Shown piece after piece: positions 47,813-59,184 of a stretch of 64,000 bases of DNA. Both the position numbers and the translations under genes were made by a program. Location: positions 45,696,001-45,760,000 of the forward strand of contig NC_045697.1 of assembly GCF_009834535.1 (NCBI RefSeq). Reading direction: 5' to 3'. The stretch comes from Camelus ferus (lineage: Eukaryota). How positions within the stretch are numbered: position 1 is the first letter of the stretch; each line of letters opens with the position of its first letter. The notes under the pieces were generated by a model that saw nothing but the letters and a program-made list of their open reading frames with translations, did not search any database and was not told the origin of the DNA.

Positions 47813-50027
47813 AAAAATGCTACTGTATAATTCATTTTTACTAAATAAGACCTATAAACACAATTCACAAACTTAATGCACTTGTTTTTGGTGAAGATTT
47901 ACCAGCACCAAATAAAGGCAATTTTATTTGGTGTATCATATCCATGTGCAATATTCCAACCTGCAACCTAACTTAATTAAGGCTTGGTTCATACTCTGCT
48001 TGGATCTGCTGGTCATTTTAGTAATAATATTTTTATACAACCTATGTCATTAGTTCCATACTTAAGGCATACATTTTCACCATCCCTTTAACTCTTCTCA
48101 TTCTGATCATGTGTAAAATAGAGATAACAATAGATAACTCACAGGACTGCAGTTACGATGAAATGAGATAATGACATCAAGAGTAGTGGAAAATCTGCAT
48201 ATTTGTCAGCTCTCAAAATATACCGCTATCCTATTCAAACATTATTTTCGAGTATAGGACATCAAGTGTTGCTTTCTTGCCTACAAACATCTGAAAACTT
48301 TCAGAGTTAATGAGAAGCAGTTTAGAAATATCCGTTTGAGATTTCACTGCAAGATGGGCTAAGACACACGGCTTCTGGATGAATCACCAAACATTGAGCA
48401 CCAAGGTTTCAACACAGTGACGTGCAGCCACTATTCCTGAAGATTTGCTGTCTCACCGCTTCTAGGTCACGTCGTTTCCTGTGATTTAATGCCTGCCTGC
48501 ACTGTGGAGCTGACTTAGACACTTAGTATATCTATGATCTTTATTTCAAGGTTAGGGTTTATCTGTCTCCCCCTTTCTTTCTTTCTTTTTTTTTTTTTAG
48601 CCAGATGAGTTGTTTAGCTTCGTCTTGGTTGGAAACAATAAGATGCTGAGAACTCTTCTTTGGTAGTGTGAGCCTTAGTTTAGGATGCTTTTATTCATCT
48701 ATCAGAAATTGTTTTCTTATCCTTCAGGAATATGCACTGCCACAGATACAGTGACCAACCCAATCCTCAACCAGTGAAGAAGCATTTTGCATGATATATT
48801 TTGAAGTGATTTGCACCTGAGATGATCTGGGTTCTTTTCAAACATGGAACTCAGTTTCTCAAGTTGAGGAGAAACTTGAGGCCTATCATTATTACAAAAG
48901 GTGGTCAAATTTTTAACAAATCAGTGTGCTTCCTATCAACTAGATAAATGACTCCTAAGGAATAATTTATATGGTGAGTAGATCTTGTGTGTTAACAGGC
49001 GCAAATATAGCAAACAGTCTTTGAAATGGAAAAGAAAATCATAAAAGGTAAGGGAAAGGAAGGGCTCAGATTCAGAAAAGCAGGACTATTTGCCAAAACT
49101 GGGGCCCTAGCATGCAAAAATGTTAGGGGTAACTTACATGAGTAGAACATGTACATCAAGTTTTTCAAAAGTGGCGATGAGAAACTACCTATTTTCTACT
49201 ATTTTTTCCCTCTTCTTGTGAACTATAGTAAAAGCCTTTGAGTTGACTGGTCAGGTTTGGAGGAGAGCCACAAATAGAGATAAAGAACACAGCAGGGATT
49301 ACAACCAGCACCTGAATGAGGTACAGTGTCATTGGACATCCTGACAAGGGAAAGATAGCAATTAAAGTCACTATACTGCTGTCTCTAAAATGAGATGTCT
49401 CTATTGTGAAGAAACTGCCGTCTTATTTTCTGACCCTTTTTTTCCTATTATCTTCTTTTACAGAAAGCCATGAACATTCAGTTCTAATATGAATTGTATA
49501 AGTAATGTTATCATATACCTTTAATAGATATATGAAATAATCTAATGTTCAGTTCATAGTGAAGTACAAAGATATGATCTTTATGGAAAACTCACATCTG
49601 TAAAGAGTTGCAAACAGATTGAACTAAATTTCCCAAAGAACAGCCTGGGTCCATATTTACAATCTGGCAATAATCATATTTACTATAAATGATGAAAAAG
49701 ACCACTTGTGTTAAACATGTAGGCATGAAAGACCTTTAGATACATTTGCTTTTATGGCTTCTGACATGTGGCAAATTAAGTCATATTTTATAGATTTCAA
49801 TTCTACCCATTCTCAAATACCACTGAGCAGCTGAATAGTCTCTTTTAAAGATTCCTACACAGGCTAAGCCAGAAACTAGTTCACGAAAACCAAGTCATTA
49901 TGTATTGTGAACTCAAAATTCAATTTAATGTTATTTTATATTTATAATCATTTATACGTATATATTAATAGCAATCATCAAATGTATTTCCTATTTTATC
50001 AGAGCTAACCACAGGATCAAATAAACC

Positions 50028-50050
50028 TGTGTGTGTGTGTGTGTGTGTGT
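50028..50050. repeat. (TG)11 microsatellite
   Basis: Read directly. Confidence 0.97.
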
Positions 50051-51182
50051 ACAGAAACTAGTATATATAAATATAAATTTATCTAAAGAATTAGATTGGT
50101 TTACGATGTTTCAAATTTTCCTTTTCCTTCCTATTTTGTCATTTCTGGCAACAAGTTATACGTGTATAAGTCATAGTTCTACATATGTTTTTTGCTGAAT
50201 ATTTTCGTGCTGGTTTGAGATGGCTCCTTTAGCATTTACATTCCAGGTTACAGGATTAGCATAGGAAATTCAAAGAATTTTGTATCAAAAGTGAGCATTG
50301 CTAATGTGGAGTGAAGCTTGGCTCCTGGCCACACATGACAATACATTAACTCTTTGAAGTCAGGAGTGTTCATGAATTTAAATGCATATTTAAAAGTTAC
50401 TTTTACGATTTTTTTCAGCAAGGATTTAGATCTCCTCTGTAAGGAAGAAATAAGAGTTGTTTTATCTATCTAGATACATTCTTTCAAAAACAAGTATTTA
50501 CTATTTCCTTGTGTAATTGAAATCTTACTAAGTGGATATGAAACAGTTTGATCTAGTTTTGGGGGCAACACTTCCTCTCAAATCCAACTCTTACCTACTG
50601 ATGAAGAGAGAAAAATTCTATCTTGTCTGAAACTGTTACCAGCTACCAGAATTTGAAAAAGAAACTGATGACTTAAACCCACCTTCTTCCTAGAAATAAA
50701 AATAATACCCTACTGTTTGCTATTAACTAATTACTTGCCAATATACCTCAAAGAAACCCTAGTACTTTAATTACCATTAATAAAATAATTTTTAAAAATT
50801 GCCTGAACTTTGCTGTGAATGACACAGTACTATACAACAAATACAATGTGTATGTAAACCCACACTAAGTATTTACTCACATAACTTAGAATGGCATATA
50901 AAAGAAATATTAAGTTTGACAATAATCTACACAATCAGGTTAGTCAACTATGAAAGTAGTTAGATGCAAGCAAGCCAACTGATTTCACATTTTCTAAGAA
51001 ATTTTTTTACATAATATCTAATTTTTTTCATAAACAACACTACTGTCTACATATATATCTGAATCATCTTTTCATACATGAAGGACCAAAGCAACTGAAT
51101 TGCCAGATAGTCACATTTCCTTTAAGATAAAACATTACCTGTTTCTGAGATGAGTGTGTCTTGAGCTTTTAAACACAGAACA

Positions 51183-51192
51183 TTGACGTCAA
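51183..51192. promoter_or_regulatory. Full CRE palindrome, extended TTGACGTCAA (motif only)
   Basis: Exact 10-bp palindrome with intact CpG; function not shown. Confidence 0.3.
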
Positions 51193-51224
51193 ATTGAATT
51201 AAGACCAACGTCTTTTGCTTTCTC

Positions 51225-51628
51225 TAGGCATCCACAGCTGGTCTCCTACATCTCACACTTATCTGAAGTCATATAGTCTTTAAAATTATCTCAGTTGTAG
51301 AAAATCTTTTCAGATCCTGCTATCATTCCATAAAGAGTTCTCCCCTTGCCACCTATGGAAATAGCCCACTCATTCTCTGACCCCTCCCTTTTCTTCATAG
51401 CACTTATCAGAAGCTGACATTATTCTATCCCTTTGTCTGTTTATCTGTCTGTGTTTGTTTATCATCAGTCTAGGATAGATTTGTTTATGGTCTGTCTCCA
51501 CCACTATAACTGCACCTCCTTGAGGGCAGGGAAATTGTTTTATCTCCCGTGACAGACTAGAACTAGAATGACGCCTGGCACTTTTTAGAAACTCAATAAT
51601 TATTTCTTGAATGAATAAGGAAATGAAT
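51225..51628 (+). mobile_element. L2a-like 3' end
   Basis: ttttcttcatagcacttatca...ctgacat...tctgtctcc...ctccttgagggcaggga...gcctggcac...ctcaataattatttcttgaatgaat. Confidence 0.88.
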
Positions 51629-53905
51629 ATATAAGTGTAATGATTTTCATTAGAAAATGCCTTATTTTCCCTGTAAGAACTCTATACACTTCTTATTTTA
51701 TAAGTTCAAAAAGTAATTTAGTAGTTCATTAAAAGTTTACTTGCATGCCTTTACAAGTTTTAATTTATATCTAATGCCCCTTCATAGATTTTCTGTTACA
51801 GTTCAGGCTGGGAGATTTATGCAGACTTCAAAGTTATTATTTACAGAACTTAATACATTACCTTATCTCAAAATTATAGCCACATACAGATGATAAGTGA
51901 CCATAACCACATTACTGATGTGGGCACAATTAATACTGATTTAGTAGTATACATGTATATTCCTGGGAGTTTTAAAACTAACCTATACCAAGTGTTTCAA
52001 TAAGGCTTATAGTTCATCAAAAGTTAGAAAACAATGCTAAAATGATTGTCATGGCATTTGGCGGACAATGAAAAATTTATACTGGGTTTCTTTTTCTTCC
52101 TTTCCTCAAAACATTTGTAGAGAGTCTATTATATAACCAGCTCTTTTCTAACACAAAGAATACAGAGAAGAATGAGCTCAAAGTCTAGAGGGATATAGAA
52201 AAGTAAACAGAAGATAATAATGCAACTCCAGTTGCTGTTTCTTTTCTTTATTGACTAAGTAGATGAAAACTCATATGCATTTCCTAACCAAGCCTCTTAT
52301 ATGATCTCACTGTCTTCTGTATTTTCAGTCAAAAGGGGAGATATTTATTAATTATTAAAAAGCTGGAAAGCAAAGTTAATGTGTAATAGAAGAACAGGCA
52401 GCAGGTCAGTCTATCCATCTGGAAACAGCAAGCAGAACTCAAGAGTTCAAGGTGTGTGATTCTTAAAGCAAACTCCCAGAGTATCTATGGCTGTTCTCCA
52501 AGTAAACAGCAAGATTTATAAAGGAAAACCATGAAACTGAATCATTTCTTTCAAATATTCCACCCTTTCTGGCACATTTCCAATCAGATTGGTCTTTTTC
52601 CTGCTTCCAGTGTCTACACTCAAAACAAACAATTTTTTTTTTTAAATGCAGGGAAATCTTTGCACAGCATTTTAAAGGTGAAATCACCTATAATAAAGAG
52701 AAAAGTTTATGGAAGCTTTTAGTAATGAGGCAATTTTGGGTTATAGCATAGTAAACACATGAGAAGCTGATAATAAAAACTATGAATTATAAAAATAAAT
52801 CAGCAAAGAACCCCAATGAGAACTGATGAAAATAAAAATAATCAGCAATTTTTTTTTTTAGAAATCTATATGTAGGAAATGACATTACAAGGAAAAAAAA
52901 ATCATGAATAGTTGATGAAAATCAACTTGGCCAAAGCCTTCCACAGTTTTAGGCCAACGAACTTAAGAAAACTAGGTCACTCACTACTAGATCATGGTGA
53001 AATCAAGGCATTTTCTTCTTCCTGTTGGTAAACTGAGCTTGCCAGGGCAGTGCTAAATGAGCGAACGGTGAGGGCGAACAGATGGAGCAGGCACTGGGGT
53101 AACAGCCAGTGATAACGGGATTAAGTGAAAACAAAAACATGTTTAGAAACAACTGCACCTGCACCCATTAAAGCTTGCTTATGGCCACTGGGTCCTGATA
53201 GAAACCAGAACGTTTGACTCCTTGTAATTTGAAAGCTATTTTATAAGCCATTATTGTGCATTTCCTCATGCATGCCTTCCTTTTTATTGTCAGTGGAGGT
53301 TTCAAGGAAAATTGCCACAGGGCATTTTTAAAATGCAGAAGATCTGGTGATTTTACTGTGCTGGTTTTGTTTACCCAGATATTCTAACTTAATGTTTATT
53401 TTAACAACGTGGAATTACCTCGTACTTTTTTCAATGCATGATTTGATTGGCATTTGAAAGCTTTCAAAAATTAAAAAAACTAAATAAATCAGATGCTTAC
53501 TACTCTCACAAAGGTTTTCCTTTAGATTTTTCAAGAGGAAAGGTAGGTGTCATCTTTAAACATACACACTGAGAAAAGGGGCACATAGCATTCGGTTGTG
53601 AGTTTGAGTTAGCAGATCTCTCAAATCATTACAACAAAATGTGAGCAGTAGGTACAAAGCCCAGAAGTAATACAGAGGAAATGCTATGTAAGGTTACCAC
53701 CTCAGGAAATCTCAAAGTAAGACTAGATAGAGAACAAGTGGAGATGAAGGGCAGTCTAAGAAGAAAAGAGACACGTGAAAAGGGGGAAGAAGTGAAACAA
53801 CACAGTGCATCTGGGAATTTCTAGAGCTGTTCAATATTTTAGTGGTGTAATTAAGCTAACAGCAGCCAATGCACTGCATGGCAGTGTGACATTTGTGAAG
53901 AACAG

Positions 53906-54390
53906 TGTATTAGTTATTTATTGCCCAAATTATCCTTAAAATTTAGCAGCTTAAAACAACATTTATTATTTCACAGTTCCTGTGAGCCAAGAATCTGGTC
54001 CCTGCTGACCTGGGTGCCTCTGTCTCAAGGTCTCTCATGAGGTTGTTGGCAAGCTGCTGGCCAGGGCTACAGTCATCTCAAGGCTTGATTGGGAATAGAG
54101 TCATTTCCAAGCTCACTCAAGTGGGTTTCTCCCAAGGGCTGCTCATAATATGTCAGCTTGCTTTCCCCAGAATGAGCAATCTAAGAAAGGAAGAAGACTT
54201 CCTTGCTCAAGAAGGAAGTCACAGTCTTTTATAACCCAATCTCATGCGTGACATGCCATCATGTCTGCTGTATTCTGTCTGTTAAACGTGAGTCACAAAG
54301 TCCAACCCACTCAAGGTAAGGTGATGGCATTAGGACATGAATATCAGGATGGGAGGAGCACTGGAGCCACGTAAGGGGCTGCCTACCACA
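53906..54390 (-). mobile_element. MaLR solo LTR (MLT1F/G-like)
   Basis: tgtattagttatttattgc...gcttaaaacaacatttattatttcacagtt...caaggtctctcatgaggttg...gtgacatgccatca...ggctgcctaccaca. Confidence 0.9.
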
Positions 54391-54869
54391 AACACACATG
54401 AATTTCCCTCTAGGCATGCTTATGGTGGCATTGCCAAGCCTGAGGAGTCAACAACCAAAAGAGTGTTGAGCTGGCATTAGTGTAAGCCAAAGCTTTCACA
54501 TAGAACCTTATATATATTCTTTTGCCTATGAGACCAAACTGGTGGCCTCAATTCTGCAGGTGACTAGGAAATCTGGGAAAGCTTTGTGGCAGCACCCAGA
54601 GTACAGACATTTATTAGGATAAAGATGCATCTACCTTCCTTTTTTTTTTTTTTGGAATCTCAACCTCACCATTGAAGGGAGACAGCCAATAGCAGCAACC
54701 TGCAATCTTGTTTTCATGTATCTAAGAAACTTTGTCTTGGTTAATCAAAATCCCTTTTCCTGAGCACAGGAAAAAGGAGTTAATCTCTTTTGGTTGTATG
54801 CAAGTTCGAAGAGTAAAAGCATCTTTTAAAAAATGGGTATACTATTGGTGCGAAGGTCAAAGCAAGATA

Positions 54870-55270
54870 CTGGATAAGTAGGCAGGATCCGGAAAAGGTA
54901 GGCTTTGTCTCTCATACTTAAAAGCTTAGATTAATGCTGTGGGCGATGTGTGACCTCTGAAGGGGTTATGCTTTATAGAAAGCACATTGATACCAATGTG
55001 GAAGGAAGAGTGGGTTTGAAGGCTATGTTTCAAGGATGATTACTTCTTCAAATCCTCATATTTGGGACTGGTGCAGGAACTAAGACAGGGGCAGAAAAGA
55101 CAGAGAATGGAATTGAGAGTTTTTTTAAAAGCAAAATGCATGAGATGATGACGGATTGAATGTAGAGTGTATGGAAGAACGAAGGACTTAGGTTAATTCC
55201 CAGTCTCCTAGTTTACTTGATGAGATCAATTGGGAATACAGAAGGAAATGTACATTTGAAAGAATTTATA
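54870..55270 (-). mobile_element. L2 fragment
   Basis: aagcttagattaatgctgtgggcgatg...ctgaagggg; tgacggattgaatgtagag...aattcccagtctcctagtt. Confidence 0.6.
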
Positions 55271-56099
55271 ATAGGAAAGAATAAATACAGAATATGGCTT
55301 TGAAAAGTTTCAAAAATCTGAGGTCAAAAGAAAATGAAGAAAGAACTAAAATAAATCATGCTACTGGAAAAAATTTTTTAAAAAGCAAACAGAATCCATA
55401 GTAACATTCTTCAGTCTACTGCTTTTTGTTTTACCACAGTATTTTTCAGTTTATTACTCTATTATCATTGGAATACATGAAAAGTGCTAAGCCAAAGTTT
55501 TGTAGACTCAGAATTAAAGAAACAAATAATATTAGAGAAAATAATATTCTACACGTTTGGAAAAATAAGGGGATAAAAAAGAATATTACTATTGTGCAAC
55601 AAATCATGTCAGTTTTAAGATTATTTACCGAGGTCTGAATATGGAAATATTAAGGATAGTTTTCTTTCCAAAACCAAGTGGAATTCTGTTGTTGCTATTA
55701 ATTCTTAAATTATAATATGTTCTCAAGGAAAATCCCCGACATTCATGGTTTTAGACACAGAAATTGTTTGTTATTCATTAGATGCAAAACTGACTTGAGC
55801 TTTCCTTAGCCTTCCAATTAACTGTTGCAAAAAGAAATTCTATTTACAAATTTATTAATATTGCTATCACTTCAAAGTGGGATGAAGAATTTCCTAACAT
55901 ATTTTACCAATAATTTTACATTTGTTCTCTAGACCATTTTCTGAAATATATTTTGCTTGTCAATGGGAGCACAGGATTTTAGAAACCGAAACCTAAAGGA
56001 TCTGTCCCAGATCTAACAAGAGAATATACTTAGGCAACATCTTAAAATAAGCCTCCTTGACTTGTTAATAATGGTAACAATAATAGTTTATGATAATAA

Positions 56100-56330
56100 T
56101 GACAACCAATATAGAACATTTATTGAGTTCTTACTAAGTAACTGACACTATGCAGGGCTGTTTAGGTGTGTTCTTTCTTTAAATTCCTTAACATTTCTAT
56201 GTGGGACTATTATTAGCCCTATTTTAAAGATGAGGACACCAAGGGCCATGCTTCCACAAGACAAGAACAGTGGAATCAAGATTTGAACTCAGGTAGTCTG
56301 GCTGAAGAGTCCATGACTTTTAACCACTTC
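56100..56330 (-). mobile_element. Near full-length MIR
   Basis: aacatttattgagttcttact...ctattattagccctattttaaagatgaggacaccaagg...gatttgaactcaggtagtctggctgaagagtccatgacttttaaccac. Confidence 0.88.
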
Positions 56331-57524
56331 TGTATGTTTTTTCCAGGCATTTATTGTCCTTAAAGCAATGAAACATTCCAGCGCACTTGAGTTAATACAG
56401 TTCATTTTCTACATTCTTTATCCTTTTGGAGGAGTAAAGTGAAGTACGGCCTAGTTAAATAATTTTCTGAAGGTATTTTAGCTATTTAAAAATATTACAG
56501 TAGTAAAGTAGTAAATAAAGTGTTCCAGAAGGAAAATAAGAATATGTAGATACCTCTGTTAAATGACCTGGAATGTTGAACTATGTCATATTTTACTTGT
56601 GAGCCAAAATAAAAATGTTTTTTTCTAGAAATGATACATAGATGTTCTTTCACATTGAAAGTAAATATTTTTCTTGAACTATCTAAATGTTATCTTGGAA
56701 CATATAGAGCAATGCCCTAACTCATGGTGATCTACTTTCTTTTATTAGTTTTTACTTTATTTTTGCTGAAAGGCTGAGGGTCTTGGGTGGAAAGATGAAA
56801 ACTTTAGATTTTATCTGAAGTAAAAGAAAAACAATACAACCATGAAAAGTATTCTAGATGAGAAAAGACCAATTGATAAATTCATACCTCCAACCAACTG
56901 ATTATATAATATCTCTTGGGTGCTGTGGTAATACTGTTAAAACATGGTTTGTATCTTTGAAATATCAGATTTAATTTAAATCAATTTTAAGCCAACTACT
57001 TTAGTTCACCATTGGTGAGTAATACAGCCAGTCCCCACAATGTTTAAGTTAGTGAAGAAATGGAAAATCAGGGAAAGAACATATGCTAGTTTTGATCTGC
57101 TATGAATGTGAAACGCCAAAAGCATTACAAAGAAAGATAGTTCGTAACACATTTCAGCACCAGTGAAGTGTGGGGGGAAAATTTAATCTTGATACATTTT
57201 GCTTTTACTTTCCTTTTAATTCTCATTATCTGATAATCACTTATTCAACTTTGAACACCAGTTGTATAAATGTATTTGTTTCATTTTTAAGTATATTTAA
57301 AATATAATATAAAATAAGTATAAAGTAAGTGTATTTGGAGGCTTTTTAAGAGATATTTTCTTCTCTCTTCTAAGTTAAATTTACCGAGTATTTGTGATTG
57401 CCTAATGGGACACATTTTTTTTTTTAAGGCAAAAGAAAATCCACCCAAACACTTGAAAATTACAGGCAGCTTCAATCTATAAATTTTAATGTTATTATTC
57501 TAATTATGTCATAGAGGAAGAGTC

Positions 57525-58580
57525 CAAACTTCTGGCTAAATTTGACAGATTGAACACACCCATTTACCTCTGCTCCCTCTGGAAAGCCTAATGAAATTAC
57601 AGTAAAGGGATAAAAATTGTGTAAACTCACAAGGGCAATGAGAACTAGGGAGGAAGTGAATGACAAAGAGAGAAACCCACAAAACCATAGACGATGTAAA
57701 GCAGATTGTGGGGCATTGGTTAATGCAGCAGAAGAGGTGGATGCCTGAGTGTTCTCTGCAAAAGGGAGAGAAAATTAGAGGCACTAGGCACGTGAAAGCT
57801 CCACTGGGTATCCAAGTTATGTGAAAACCTGTATGAGTACTGGTTAGAACAGTCTTCCATCCCCAACGTAGCTCTGGCATCCAGGAAAGTGTCTTTCCTT
57901 CCCTTGCACACATTTAGAGACGTTGAAAAATACAGGGTCTCTGTAACTCAGAGACCAGTCAAGCAGGAGGATCAGAAGCTACACTGAAAACATAATCATA
58001 AAGTGTCAACAAACCAGAAGGTCTAAATAAGAACATCCCAGCTCCCTTTTCTGATTAACTCTCAGACTGGCAATGAGGTCTATACTTGCCACCATTTTGT
58101 CCCTGTAATGGGCAGATGATTAGAGAAGTCTTTGCTGGTAAAACTGACCTCTGATGAGAAAGAACCTGACTTGGGTTAAGACCCCCTTGACTAATTGGGT
58201 TCTTCTTCACTCAGGAGCTCCATGATGAGATCTACTTTGGTACCTTTAGAAAAATTCTGCCACGGAGACAGAGACCTTCCAAATGGAGTTTTTAGTCCTT
58301 TCTCTTACATATAAATAAACTAAGGAACTCCAGACATTGGAGGGAAGTTTCTAACATAAACAAAAATGATAAAAAAGACAAAGAGAAAAGGAGACTCAAG
58401 AGAAATTTAGTCAATGAAGAAAGCAAAATAAAAATCTCAAAATACACAAAATTGACATCCTCAAAGAGTTGAAAGAAAGTAGCTCACCATGATGTAAAAA
58501 AGAAACACTCAGAGAATAAGACAAATCTTTTAAGAATTAGAAAAATAATGGAAACAAATATTCAGGAAATATTAAGAAAG
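57525..58580 (+). mobile_element. HAL1 / ancient L1 5' region with start of ORF1-like coding
   Basis: acttctggctaaatttgacagattgaacacacccatttacctctgctccctctggaaagcctaatgaaattacagtaaagg...cacaagggcaatgagaac matches the remembered HAL1 5' consensus; A-rich ORF1-like tract at 58330-58580. Confidence 0.7.
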
Positions 58581-58590
58581 TACTTGGATG

Positions 58591-58945
58591 TAGTGATGTA
58601 TCAAGAATGGAACAGTGGGAGTGGTCTAACCTGGATGCAGGCAAGAAAGGGGTGCACGGTGAGCAGAAAATTTAAAAGTAATAAAACCAACTAAAACTAG
58701 TCTGCTTTTTATTATTAGCATGAGTCAACAATTCTAAACCACATCAGTGATAAAGTATTCTTATCCACAACAATTTTGTGTGCATCTAATTGCTAAACAG
58801 TTGTTGCAGCTGCTACTGAGTCTAAGAAGAAATGAACTCAAGGAAACAAAGATATGGATGGACAATACTAACGTTTTTAGAATTTATTGTGAAATGAGAT
58901 TTTTATGTTTTAATAGTGATTTACCTATTATCATTTCTTATTTTA
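58591..58945 (+). mobile_element. hAT-Tip100 element (MER97-like) 5' part
   Basis: gtgggagtggtc...tgcaggcaagaaaggggtgca...taataaaaccaactaaaactagtctgctttttattat...caattctaaaccacatcagtgataaa. Confidence 0.8.
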
Positions 58946-59184
58946 TATAATTTTGCTCTCCTGACCCTTTTTCCTTGTGAAATTAGCAAGTGGTTTGTCT
59001 ATTTTGTTACTTTTTTTCATGACAACAGGACTGAATTATTAGTAAGGTAGACTATTTTCCCATTGTCTTTACTTTTATATTTAGTAACTCCTCTTTTGAG
59101 CTTCCTTTGATTTGCTGTTTTTTTATCTGTTTTTTGGGGGATGGGGTAGGCTGTAGTTATTTAATCCATCTATTCATTTTACTT

